Translations under genes and position numbers: made by a program | In this document: positions 48,335 through 57,895 of the stretch, piece after piece | How positions within the stretch are numbered: position 1 is the stretch's first letter | How the letters are laid out: each line of letters starts with the position of its first letter | Sequence record: OR050627.1 | Length of the DNA: 64,000 nucleotides | Strand: one strand, 5' to 3' | The notes under the pieces: generated by a model | The model's input: the letters and a program-made list of their open reading frames with translations, nothing else | Databases searched by the model: none | What the model was told of the DNA's origin: nothing

Positions 48335-48401
48335 ATAACCGGCAAATTGCCAGCATCTATGTATACTAACAACATAATATTTTAAATACACTACAAACAA
48401 T

Positions 48402-49346
48402 ATGACATTAGCAAAAAGTGCAATTTGGACCGAACGTTACAGACCTAATGACGTTGAGTCAATGGTATTACCTGAACGTGTTAAAAAACTTTTCAGGAAG
48501 CCAACGATAACTCAGCATTATTTGTTCACTGGACAGCAAGGTACAGGAAAATCTACATTAGCCAAAATTCTTCAAGCTAGAGGCAATTCACTTTGGTTAA
48601 ACGCATCAATGGACAATAACGTTGATACTGTTAGAGGTAGCATAGACAATTATTGTTCTTTGCAATCTTTGGATGACGACGGAATGAAAACTGTTTTCTT
48701 GGACGAGTCTGATTTACTTACAAAACCGGCACAAGGTATTCTTCGTGGTACTATAGAAACTTATGTAGATCATGCAAGGTTTATCTTTACTTGTAACTAT
48801 CCGGAACGTTTGATTGACCCAATTAAGTCAAGATTGGAAGTTATCAATTTTGAATTCACCGCACCTGACGAAATCAAGGAAATTACAACACAGGCATTAA
48901 CGTTACTTTACAATATTGCTACCGAAAACGGAATGACTTTGACAAGAGACGCGTACATGGAAATTTTCAGAAGATGCTATCCTGACATCAGGTCAATGGT
49001 TAAAACTTTACAAGGACTTCATGATTCTGGCATTATGAATGTTGGCATTGCTGATCTTAACAAAGCAGTAGCTTTAAAAAATGAAGAGTTCTTCAAATTC
49101 ATTTGTTCAAAGCCGCAAATTCCAGTACTGTACACTATGGTTTCTACTTTCAAAGGTCGTGAAAATGCAATAATCAAGGACATTTCAATGAACTTCCTGC
49201 CTTACATTAGCAATGACCCTAAGTACTTACCGAAGCTTGGAGACTTAGCTATCAGGATTCATAAATATGGTTACGAATCATCTGGTTCACTAGATAGTTT
49301 CGTAACACTAATGGCATTATGCACAGAAATTGTAGCATTAATGTAA
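48402..49346 (+). CDS. Sliding-clamp loader AAA+ subunit (T4 gp44/RFC-small-like)
   Basis: WTERYRP, GQQGTGKST Walker A, LDESD Walker B, SR motif (IKSRL), YPD.R. Confidence 0.92.
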   Translation: MTLAKSAIWTERYRPNDVESMVLPERVKKLFRKPTITQHYLFTGQQGTGKSTLAKILQARGNSLWLNASMDNNVDTVRGSIDNYCSLQSLDDDGMKTVFLDESDLLTKPAQGILRGTIETYVDHARFIFTCNYPERLIDPIKSRLEVINFEFTAPDEIKEITTQALTLLYNIATENGMTLTRDAYMEIFRRCYPDIRSMVKTLQGLHDSGIMNVGIADLNKAVALKNEEFFKFICSKPQIPVLYTMVSTFKGRENAIIKDISMNFLPYISNDPKYLPKLGDLAIRIHKYGYESSGSLDSFVTLMALCTEIVALM

Positions 49347-49370
49347 TACTATAACTTTTAAAACAAAATC

Positions 49371-50834
49371 ATGACGCATATACAAAACGACACAGTAAAA
49401 TTAGAACTTGGCCAAATTATACACGAACAACTCGGTCAGTATGAACTTAAATCACAAGATTATGGTCCTAGCTGGAGAGCATTCAGGCCGCTAAGCTTAG
49501 TTGACCAAATGTACAACAAAACTAAACGTTTACGTACACTACAGCAACCAGGTTATGTAGCCAAAGTTAACGAATCGCAAAGGGATTGCTTCCAGGCGCT
49601 TTACAATTACGCAATTTTTGCTATGATTAATCAAAAGCTAGATATAGTCGACGATGTAACTAATGAAAACACGGGCACATTGCTACAGGAATACATTACA
49701 TCGCAGACAATAGCTGAGCAAATTATGCAATCTAAAAATGCAGACTATGGCGCAGCATGGCTTGATCTTTCGGTGCCTACTATAACTGACTTAATTCATG
49801 TTAAGTTGTTGAGAGCTAGGCAAATTCTGGCTAACGATGGTAATGTTGTAGCATCCGAAGGTTTAATGGGCACTTACGTAGATATTGTAAATTATGCAAC
49901 GTTTGCTTTGTACCACATTAACATTGCTGAGTATGGCAGTAAAAGCTTTGCTTTAAGTACTGAGCAAATGTCTAATATATTGCCTAATCGAACAATTTTT
50001 GCAGGTCCGGATTTTAGGACTAACACACCGCAAAACTTATGGCAGCAAGCATATGGCTGGAATAACACAAACCAACCATTTATTCCATTTGGCACTACTA
50101 CTTCTGATCTTAATCAAAATGTTATATCTGACCAAAAAGCTGTAGGCGTAAGCAATGCTGCATTCATGCAGCATAACAATAAGTTAGTAAACCGCCCAGA
50201 TTTTATGCTTACTTATGCAGACTTAAGTAAGCCGCTTACTGATGAAGAACTTGCAATAGTCTCTGCAGAGTTTAAACAACCTATTGCAAATTTAATTGAT
50301 GTCGAAAAAAGCCCTGAACAGGTAGCTAAAGATTTGCAGAAATGGTACAATGCGACAGCTGCAACTGAATTGTCTGGACCTAAATTAACTTCTGCAGACT
50401 TCCAAGTATCTGAAAAAGATCAGTTGGCTATGCATGCAGGAATACTTAAGGAAGTTCAAGGTAACGCATCTAATTCTGCAGAAGTATTTTCGTCAATATT
50501 GGATAGTAGTGAAGAACGGCAACATAGTAATATGATTTATTGGTCTAATCATCTGGTTGCTAGTAGAGGTTTTACTGCACTTGCAGGTACTGACGCTAAT
50601 GGAAACAAAACATTTAGTAAGGAAGTGACTACTTATATTCCTGGCTCTGAAAAGCAAGTAAACATTTCTAGTAGAATTAAGTTCGTTTTCAATCCTAAGC
50701 TAATGGATGGCGGTACGCTTACAATAATTGTATCAAAACATGGCGGCCAGCATTCTACGCACAGCTTTGAAGGAATTAAGCGGGTTAAAGATTTTGACAA
50801 GCATATTTCTGACATTTTTGAATTCAACAAATAA
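49371..50834 (+). CDS. Tandem DUF1599 (nucleotide-modification-associated) protein with long C-terminal extension
   Basis: Two repeats: K..DYG.(S/A)W ... K..R ... D/E....NYA.FA. Confidence 0.75.
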   Translation: MTHIQNDTVKLELGQIIHEQLGQYELKSQDYGPSWRAFRPLSLVDQMYNKTKRLRTLQQPGYVAKVNESQRDCFQALYNYAIFAMINQKLDIVDDVTNENTGTLLQEYITSQTIAEQIMQSKNADYGAAWLDLSVPTITDLIHVKLLRARQILANDGNVVASEGLMGTYVDIVNYATFALYHINIAEYGSKSFALSTEQMSNILPNRTIFAGPDFRTNTPQNLWQQAYGWNNTNQPFIPFGTTTSDLNQNVISDQKAVGVSNAAFMQHNNKLVNRPDFMLTYADLSKPLTDEELAIVSAEFKQPIANLIDVEKSPEQVAKDLQKWYNATAATELSGPKLTSADFQVSEKDQLAMHAGILKEVQGNASNSAEVFSSILDSSEERQHSNMIYWSNHLVASRGFTALAGTDANGNKTFSKEVTTYIPGSEKQVNISSRIKFVFNPKLMDGGTLTIIVSKHGGQHSTHSFEGIKRVKDFDKHISDIFEFNK

Positions 50835-50841
50835 CATTATA

Positions 50842-50907
50842 AAAGGCAACTATTTTAAAAATAGTTGCCTTTATATTTTTACATGTCGTAAAATTTTAAT
50901 ATATTTG
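50842..50907 (+). promoter_or_regulatory. Hairpin plus conserved phage promoter
   Basis: AAAGGCAACTATTTT/AAAATAGTTGCCTTT containing TAGTTG 50862; ATGTC 50883; TATATTTG 50900. Confidence 0.75.
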
Positions 50908-50930
50908 TATTAATAAAAAATGATAAAATT

Positions 50931-51257
50931 ATGATAGACAAAACAAAACGACCTAACGACAAAGTTAACTTTGCAATATTTTACATAGCATTAATATGCT
51001 TAGCTATGGGCGCAATGTGGTATGGTTTAAGCAAAATGAAAAATAAATTTGCTGAACGTAACGAACGTTCTAACGCTAAGACGTTAGAACGTATTTATGT
51101 AGTTACGTACAACAATGGTGACGTAGATACGCTAAAAGTTACTAGCTATGATGTAATACTAGATCAAGGTGACTTTATTGGCAGAACTATTACTACAAAT
51201 ACTACTTACGCTTCTAACGTTAGAACGTACAAGCAATTAACCGCAAACAACAAATAG
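50931..51257 (+). CDS. Membrane-anchored protein
   Basis: N-terminal TM; Y.NGD.DT motif shared with the next gene. Confidence 0.65.
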   Translation: MIDKTKRPNDKVNFAIFYIALICLAMGAMWYGLSKMKNKFAERNERSNAKTLERIYVVTYNNGDVDTLKVTSYDVILDQGDFIGRTITTNTTYASNVRTYKQLTANNK

Positions 51258-51260
51258 CAT

Positions 51261-51548
51261 ATGAAACGTTTAGCAATATTAGCAATAGCAATTATTACAT
51301 TAACATCTTGTGAGTATGTTCCGCCGCAACGAGAACCTGAATACGATTTTACTTTGCTAATCAAAAATTATGACAACACAAAGGACACTATAAAATGCAG
51401 AGGCAATTACATTACAAAAAGTAACCAAGAACTTACTGCGGTAGGCCGCAATGGCTGGGTACAGATAGCATATGGCGTTAAGAACTTTAGCATCATAGAA
51501 CGTCAGGAAGTACAAACAAAACAAAATTTGAGCAATGAGAAACAATAA
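51261..51548 (+). CDS. Lipoprotein
   Basis: MKRLAILAIAIITLTSC lipobox. Confidence 0.75.
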   Translation: MKRLAILAIAIITLTSCEYVPPQREPEYDFTLLIKNYDNTKDTIKCRGNYITKSNQELTAVGRNGWVQIAYGVKNFSIIERQEVQTKQNLSNEKQ

Positions 51549-51921
51549 AACACATAGACTGCAAGTCGTAAAAACTGAAACTAAAATAGTTACATACGCA
51601 CAGGATGGCGAGACTATAATTAAGCCTAGCAAATGGAATGAAGGCCTTCATGGCGTAATTGTGCATGGCAATGTTTATGCAGTAACTGAGGACGGTTCAA
51701 AGGGCGGACTTATTGGTGATAATTTTACTACTGATGAGGCCGAAGCTGCAACAGGTTCAGTAGCTATGCTTATGGACGATATGCTAAATGCAATTCAGCC
51801 TAATGCAGCCTCTTTGGCCAAAGCTTTGTATATTAGACTAACTAAGGATTTAAAAATACAGCCAGGTTCAGGCTACGAATCTGCATTAGAAGATGCATTC
51901 AAAATCCTGGCAAAAATGTAA
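51535..51921 (+). CDS. Hypothetical protein
   Basis: 128-aa ORF. Confidence 0.6.
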   Translation: MRNNKTHRLQVVKTETKIVTYAQDGETIIKPSKWNEGLHGVIVHGNVYAVTEDGSKGGLIGDNFTTDEAEAATGSVAMLMDDMLNAIQPNAASLAKALYIRLTKDLKIQPGSGYESALEDAFKILAKM

Positions 51922-51964
51922 AATAGTATCAAAGTAAATTATTCGACAGAATTATAGCATAACA

Positions 51965-53197
51965 ATGGACAGCATTCAAATAAACAAAGCAGCAAAATTT
52001 GTAGTAGACGGCCACTGGTTTTCCAGGTCAAGATTCTCAGTTATCGGAATTGAAAACAAGGACTTTACGTTCACAGATAACTTAGCAAGGGACAGAAAAC
52101 TTTTTATGTCAAAACTAACTATGGACCTTTTTGCCGAACTTAGGAACTTAGGACCGTTAGTAGACCAAGTAGTCATTGTTTCTGACTATATTTCCTGGAG
52201 AAAGCGAGTAAATTTCCTTAAAGCGCCTTGGGATGCTCCCGTACTTGGAGAGGACCCGTCATACAAATCGCAAAGAACTTATGACAGCGAAGTTAACTGG
52301 GGCGAAATGCACAAATGTTTTAGTGACTGGGCTACTTTGATGCAACAACATTTTAACATTCCTTATCAAAGATCGTTAGGTTGCGAAGGTGATGATTGGG
52401 CATACATTATTTCAGACATTTATATGCAGGCCAAGCAGAACGTTATATTGTTCTCAACAGATGGTGACATGGGCCAACTTTGCAGAACTAACGACAACGG
52501 AAACTATACTGCGTTATACAAAAAGAAACGTAAAAAAGTTCCAGGAGGTTGGAAGTCTGAAAATCACTTAATTGCAACAGACGAAACTATACAGGCAATC
52601 AACAATACGCATAGCCAAGTTGATGTATTTAGCTATGACCCTTCGTTTGTAGCGCCATACGAACATTTTCCTAAACATTTTCAGGAGTTTCATGATATTT
52701 TACCTGCAGCGTTCTTACTTCACAAAATTATTGAAGGCGATGGTAAGGATAACGTTTCTCCGCTTATGGTACGTAAAACTGCCAAGACTACACAAAGGCC
52801 AAAGTCACCGCAAATTCATGAAGCATTAAAAGAAATTGGTTTAGATTGGAACACTGTAACATTCGATCACTTCTATCGCGAAGACTTCATTAACCACATG
52901 ACTACTTCTATGCATAACAAAGTTATGAAGATGGTTACATTGCCAGAAGACTATGCTACATTCTACAAAAACAAATGGGTAGAAAACAGGAACTTACTTC
53001 ACTTATCCAACAAAGAAATTCCGGTTAACGTTTATGACGCTGCAAGAAAAGAAATTCAAACTAATGCTAAGCTTTTCGGTGAAAAAACTAACATCTTATC
53101 AAGTGGGCATTACAAAGATGTCTTGGCAATCATAGGTGTCGAGGAACAAACTACAACAGCCGGTGGTACTGACCCGTTTGCAGGACTTGGATTCTAA
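51965..53197 (+). CDS. rnh: RNase H / 5'-3' exonuclease (T4 rnh, FEN family)
   Basis: VDG, SD..SWRK, YK..R, EGDD, STDGD..QL, GD.KDNV acidic motifs. Confidence 0.85.
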   Translation: MDSIQINKAAKFVVDGHWFSRSRFSVIGIENKDFTFTDNLARDRKLFMSKLTMDLFAELRNLGPLVDQVVIVSDYISWRKRVNFLKAPWDAPVLGEDPSYKSQRTYDSEVNWGEMHKCFSDWATLMQQHFNIPYQRSLGCEGDDWAYIISDIYMQAKQNVILFSTDGDMGQLCRTNDNGNYTALYKKKRKKVPGGWKSENHLIATDETIQAINNTHSQVDVFSYDPSFVAPYEHFPKHFQEFHDILPAAFLLHKIIEGDGKDNVSPLMVRKTAKTTQRPKSPQIHEALKEIGLDWNTVTFDHFYREDFINHMTTSMHNKVMKMVTLPEDYATFYKNKWVENRNLLHLSNKEIPVNVYDAARKEIQTNAKLFGEKTNILSSGHYKDVLAIIGVEEQTTTAGGTDPFAGLGF

Positions 53198-53213
53198 ACA
53201 AAACAACAATTAT

Positions 53214-53573
53214 ATGAAAAATAACATTAAACGTAAATGGTACCATACTTTTGCACTAGCATGCACGTATGCCAACATTTTAGCATTACCAGTACTTGGT
53301 TATAACATTTACAAATGGGACAAATCTACTAAACGCTTTAAAGAAGCAACTATTGAAGTTAAAGCAATGTCACAAGTATTTGCTGCAGATGGCTACTTAC
53401 TTGCAGTTAAGCACTTCCTTGAATGTAAAGATGATTTAAAGCATTTGCCAAATATTTATCAAAACACATTAACTAACTACCAGGAAACTGGCATAATCAT
53501 TACAAAATACCCTAAAGAATGGACAGCAAAACAAATGACAAATCAAACTGGACAGTCCCAGGAGCATCCGTAG
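53214..53573 (+). CDS. Membrane-associated hypothetical protein
   Basis: Likely start ATG 53214; N-terminal hydrophobic segment. Confidence 0.55.
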   Translation: MKNNIKRKWYHTFALACTYANILALPVLGYNIYKWDKSTKRFKEATIEVKAMSQVFAADGYLLAVKHFLECKDDLKHLPNIYQNTLTNYQETGIIITKYPKEWTAKQMTNQTGQSQEHP

Positions 53574-53806
53574 ACTACTTAAAAATTGTAGCATCTTCAA
53601 ATGTTCAAGACTCTACAAAGCACATATTACACCAAACTAACATCGACTTCAAAGTAGTCAGACAAACTAAGCCAGCCGAGTCAATTTATGAACTAAGAAT
53701 TAAACAGCCGCTTTTCATTGGTTCAATAGAGGCATGCCTAGCATTTGTAAACGCTTCGCATTCTGGCATTCTAGTACGCTCTGCAGAAAATAGCATTATC
53801 GACTAG
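53519..53806 (+). CDS. Hypothetical protein
   Basis: 95-aa ORF. Confidence 0.5.
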   Translation: MDSKTNDKSNWTVPGASVDYLKIVASSNVQDSTKHILHQTNIDFKVVRQTKPAESIYELRIKQPLFIGSIEACLAFVNASHSGILVRSAENSIID

Positions 53807-53906
53807 TAGCAAACAAGTTGCAGCAAAAGTTGCTGCAACTTTATGTGCATACAACACGCACAAAACTTAAGTTTTGTGTATACTAACAAAATATTTTAAA
53901 TCATTC

Positions 53907-54413
53907 ATGGAAAACAAAAACAACAATATCTTTGGCTCTGCAGAAGTTATAACTACGGTCGATCTTTTTGGATTCGTAAAAGCTTTACTTACTGACAAAG
54001 TTATGTATGCAAAATTTACTTCCCAAGTCAAAGCTCAGCATTTTTTCATGACGCAACGTATGTTGTCTAAACAATATCCTAGGCAAATGCAAAAAGCAAA
54101 TGTACAAGGAATTGACCCAGTAGCAATCTTAGATTCTTATCACTTTAGGTTATGCAATCATGGACAAAGACCTCCTCAATGGCTTTATGCAAAGGGCGGT
54201 AAAGAGGAAGTTGCTACAAAAGAACAAGTGCTTTACAATAAAATAACAGAAGACAAAGCAGTTTTCGATTATTTGCTAACGCAATGGCAGATTGAACCAA
54301 AATCTGTAGAGCAACTCATTGAATTGCGTTACGACCAGGTTGCAAAGGACTATGACGACGCTATGATAGCTATAGTTGGTCAGATGAAACGTAAGCGAGG
54401 CAGAGCATCGTAA
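53907..54413 (+). CDS. Possible clamp-loader A subunit (T4 gp62-like)
   Basis: Start ATG 53907; LF.F...L..K...FFM..R.LS...N..ID...P.W pattern resembles gp62; gp44 and rnh nearby. Confidence 0.45.
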   Translation: MENKNNNIFGSAEVITTVDLFGFVKALLTDKVMYAKFTSQVKAQHFFMTQRMLSKQYPRQMQKANVQGIDPVAILDSYHFRLCNHGQRPPQWLYAKGGKEEVATKEQVLYNKITEDKAVFDYLLTQWQIEPKSVEQLIELRYDQVAKDYDDAMIAIVGQMKRKRGRAS

Positions 54414-54447
54414 CAAAAACTGGACATATTTTAAAATTCAACATAAA

Positions 54448-55437
54448 ATGAGTAAACCAACTTACAAAGCTGATATTGCTAAGGAGTATATCGCAAAATT
54501 TCCAGATAGCACGACTGCTGCTATTTCAAGGAAAATGTACGAGGACTACCCAACCTACTGGGCAACTCCTGAATCAGCAAGATCAATTGTACGTACGTAC
54601 CGCGACGGCTTAGGCGGCAAACAAGAATCTGTTAGAACTGAAGCCGAAAAGAAACATGCCATGGCACATTTCGCAATTCCTCAAACAGACTACAAAGAGT
54701 TAGAAGTTTTCAGAATTCCGTTAGAGCATAACAGGCCATTGTTACTTTCCGATGTTCATGTACCTTACCATTCAATAGAAGCAGTTGAAGCTGCTTTGGC
54801 TTATGGCGAAAAGCATGAAATGAACGCAATCTACCTTAACGGTGATTTTATGGATTGCTACGGAATTTCAAGGTTCGTTAGAGACAGACGTCTTAGAGAC
54901 ATGGCTGGAGAATTGGATATGGTCCAAGAATTCCTACACACGCTTAAAGAAAGATACCAACTACCAATCTACTACAAGCTTGGTAACCACGAAGACAGAT
55001 GGGAAATATTCATGAGAACTCAAGCTCCTGAATTACTTAACATACCCGAGTTCAGACTAGAGGAAGTCCTACACTTCGATGAGTTTAATGTAACCGAGGT
55101 AAAATCAAAACAAATTGCTAAAGCTGGTAAGCTTAATGTTTTGCATGGCCATGAATTTGGACATTCAGTATTTAGCCCAGTTAACCCGGCAAGAGGATTA
55201 TATATGAGAGCCAAAGAAAGCTCAATTATTGGACATCACCACCAAACATCTGAACATTCAGAAAAGTCTTTGAATGACAAAGTTGTTACTTGCTATTCGA
55301 CAGGTGCGTTATGCGGGCTTAAGCCTGACTATATGCCGCACAACAAATGGAATCATGGTTTTGCTATGGTTGAATTTGACGCCGAAGGTAACTTCTCTGT
55401 AGACAACAAACGAATCATTGATGGTTTAGTTAGGTAG
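54448..55437 (+). CDS. Calcineurin-like metallophosphoesterase with N-terminal helical domain
   Basis: SDVH, NGD..D, GNHE, HGHE, GHHH motifs. Confidence 0.9.
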   Translation: MSKPTYKADIAKEYIAKFPDSTTAAISRKMYEDYPTYWATPESARSIVRTYRDGLGGKQESVRTEAEKKHAMAHFAIPQTDYKELEVFRIPLEHNRPLLLSDVHVPYHSIEAVEAALAYGEKHEMNAIYLNGDFMDCYGISRFVRDRRLRDMAGELDMVQEFLHTLKERYQLPIYYKLGNHEDRWEIFMRTQAPELLNIPEFRLEEVLHFDEFNVTEVKSKQIAKAGKLNVLHGHEFGHSVFSPVNPARGLYMRAKESSIIGHHHQTSEHSEKSLNDKVVTCYSTGALCGLKPDYMPHNKWNHGFAMVEFDAEGNFSVDNKRIIDGLVR

Positions 55438-55543
55438 GCACATGCACTAATGCTTAACATAATCACTTGAATTTTAAAATGCCACTTTGCATTAGTTTAG
55501 CATAAACGTTAAACTTTTGTTAAAGTGGCATTTTTATTTTAAC

Positions 55544-55568
55544 ATGTCGAAAATTTTGATTAAATTTA
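55544..55568 (+). promoter_or_regulatory. Conserved phage promoter
   Basis: ATGTC 55544, TAAATTTA 55561; upstream AAGTGG lies in an AAAATGCCACTTT/AAAGTGGCATTTT hairpin. Confidence 0.65.
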
Positions 55569-55594
55569 CATTATAATTAAAAATCAAAAACATT

Positions 55595-56056
55595 ATGAAA
55601 ATCAAAATCGCATCGGCAAATTTCAAAAAATATCACGAATTAAACGGAATGCAGAAACTTGATAGTTTCTTTACTAACCCAGAAATTTACGAAGGTGAAG
55701 AAATGACAGTTTATCATCATACTGTAGATGACTGGAGAAGACTTCCTGTAGTAGATAACGGCCGACACATAGGTGAAATTAAAGTTTCTTGTGACGGTGC
55801 ATACGCTGCATTTCTTGGAAACGATGGTTCTGTAAAATTAGCAAAATCTCCTTACCAACTTTATGACAGATGGCTTAAGGCTGGTTCAAACAGAATAATG
55901 TTAGCTAACTACAAAGCTTCAGAATTTAGAAATGACTCATACGGTGCTCCTTGTGAAGAACCTGCATGGATTGCTGAAGGTTACTGGGAACTTAAAGGTA
56001 GAGGAAAACAAATCGTAATTACTAAATTTCAAGAAACAGAGGCTATCTTTGCATAG
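55595..56056 (+). CDS. Hypothetical protein
   Basis: 153-aa ORF behind promoter. Confidence 0.7.
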   Translation: MKIKIASANFKKYHELNGMQKLDSFFTNPEIYEGEEMTVYHHTVDDWRRLPVVDNGRHIGEIKVSCDGAYAAFLGNDGSVKLAKSPYQLYDRWLKAGSNRIMLANYKASEFRNDSYGAPCEEPAWIAEGYWELKGRGKQIVITKFQETEAIFA

Positions 56057-56076
56057 CCTCTAAAAATAAAAAGATC

Positions 56077-56316
56077 ATGGCAAAAAGACAAGAAACTGGA
56101 CAATTCCAAAATAGACTTACACCATTTGTCGCGACAGTATTTGGCAAAAACAGACAGCCGCTTTACTACACTAACGTAAATGACAAGGCATCTTTAGAAA
56201 AACAATTCTGCGAGCCTAACCAAGTGCATTTTTCTGAACTTAGATTCAAGGATAACGATGACGCATTCTACGTTGTAGTTCATGAAATAGCTAACAAAAA
56301 ATACTTACAGAACTAA
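56077..56316 (+). CDS. Hypothetical protein
   Basis: 79-aa ORF. Confidence 0.6.
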   Translation: MAKRQETGQFQNRLTPFVATVFGKNRQPLYYTNVNDKASLEKQFCEPNQVHFSELRFKDNDDAFYVVVHEIANKKYLQN

Positions 56317-56594
56317 TGAACTTAGAAGTTACAAAAGCCATTGTATATTTAGCATGTTATATGCTAGCAATATTTCAATATGCAGTAATTGTACTATGCA
56401 AAATAATATACAACAAATCACATGACGGCGAACTACTACACTATCGTAATCGCAAAGAGTTCTGGCTAGATATGATTCCGCTATATGCAATATACACATT
56501 TTGTAAGGAATACAAGCCTTTTGCCGGAATGTTCAAGTGGTACAACGACATCAAAAACAACGAAACTAAAAACTGCAAAACAGATGAAAATTAA
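56316..56594 (+). CDS. Membrane-associated hypothetical protein
   Basis: N-terminal TM; TAATG stop/start overlap. Confidence 0.6.
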   Translation: MNLEVTKAIVYLACYMLAIFQYAVIVLCKIIYNKSHDGELLHYRNRKEFWLDMIPLYAIYTFCKEYKPFAGMFKWYNDIKNNETKNCKTDEN

Positions 56595-56952
56595 TAGTAA
56601 CGCGCTAAACTTACCAGATACTCTAGACTTCAAAGCATTTGACTGCAAAAGAAAAGCTTACGTTGATAGCTTTGAAATTTTGATTAATGTAACTCCTGGA
56701 GAAGCTACTACTATCAAAGCAATTCCAAATGGTGAGGAATATTTCGGAGACGAATGCATGCAAGATGGTTGGGTTGACAATAATCATCGATTTATCATTG
56801 ACGTTTTTGAAAGTAGAGGTACTATGGAAATTGAACATGTTAAGCTTTATGAAAAGATGGAGCGCAATTCAAATTATCATGCGACGCATAATCTTACTGG
56901 TAACAAGTACAGTTACTTAGGCGCAAATTCTACTGTTAACAATAAAGACTAA
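56584..56952 (+). CDS. Hypothetical protein
   Basis: Likely start ATG 56584. Confidence 0.6.
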   Translation: MKINSNALNLPDTLDFKAFDCKRKAYVDSFEILINVTPGEATTIKAIPNGEEYFGDECMQDGWVDNNHRFIIDVFESRGTMEIEHVKLYEKMERNSNYHATHNLTGNKYSYLGANSTVNNKD

Positions 56953-56955
56953 ATT

Positions 56956-57306
56956 ATGTCGAAACGTACAGAACGCATTAACGCTAACAAAGCTTGGCGT
57001 AAATACCAAGAAGCTAAAGCTTACATAAAAGCTTTTGAATATAATCAGAAGCAAAAGCAGGATGCCAGAAGGCATAACAGAAATTATAGCAATTTTGGTA
57101 GTCCGGAAGAACTTAGAAAATGTAGACAAATGCGATTGCTATGCGATTCTAAAGAATACGCAGAACTTAAATTTTTAGTAGATCACCATGACAAGCAAAA
57201 ACTTGATGAAGCTACTATAGCGTTCTACAAACGGCATTTAGCTACATTATTAGAAAGTATTAACAATTACCGCGAGGTTTTAAGAAAAACAAATTTACAT
57301 GAATAA
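56956..57306 (+). CDS. Hypothetical protein
   Basis: 116-aa basic helical ORF. Confidence 0.6.
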   Translation: MSKRTERINANKAWRKYQEAKAYIKAFEYNQKQKQDARRHNRNYSNFGSPEELRKCRQMRLLCDSKEYAELKFLVDHHDKQKLDEATIAFYKRHLATLLESINNYREVLRKTNLHE

Positions 57307-57517
57307 TCTAACAAACTTAATTAAGCCTAACGTAGAGTTGGCAGTTACGCCTCTTAAAGACTTCCATCCTGATGCAAAGGACACTATTACGTTGAATAGC
57401 TCTGATGTTAAACGTTACAGAGGCACTGGCTATGGATGCGTTATTGAACTTGAAAACGGATTCACTTGGTCAGTTTCAGACGATTGGGATATCGTTGATG
57501 GTGCATGGTCTATTTAA
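57299..57517 (+). CDS. Hypothetical protein
   Basis: 72-aa ORF. Confidence 0.6.
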   Translation: MNNLTNLIKPNVELAVTPLKDFHPDAKDTITLNSSDVKRYRGTGYGCVIELENGFTWSVSDDWDIVDGAWSI

Positions 57518-57632
57518 AAATCAATATGCTAAAGCAAACAATTATTTATAATTGTTATAAATTGCAACTGTTTATGAAAATAGTTGCAATTTTATGCATA
57601 GCAAGTAAAACTTTAACGTTTTATATTTTCAT

Positions 57633-57657
57633 ATGTCGTTTTATTTTCTTAAATTTA
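57633..57657 (+). promoter_or_regulatory. Conserved phage promoter
   Basis: ATGTC 57633, TAAATTTA 57650; a TTGCAACT/TAGTTGCAA hairpin lies upstream. Confidence 0.65.
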
Positions 57658-57691
57658 CTATATCAAAATAAAACAATAACATATTAAGATT

Positions 57692-57880
57692 ATGGACCAA
57701 TTAACATTACTTAGAAAGACTTATTTAGGAAACGTTTATTCCGATGTTAACACAGGAGAACGCGTAAAAGTTATAGCTTGCGAAGATACATGTATGCTTA
57801 AATACAAAAATCGCGATAAAAAAATCGGCTATATGTTTTTCAAGAAGTTCGACCAAGAGTTCATTAAAGTGCAATCGTAA
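57692..57880 (+). CDS. Hypothetical protein
   Basis: 62-aa ORF behind promoter. Confidence 0.6.
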   Translation: MDQLTLLRKTYLGNVYSDVNTGERVKVIACEDTCMLKYKNRDKKIGYMFFKKFDQEFIKVQS

Positions 57881-57895
57881 AAAATCAAAAACATA

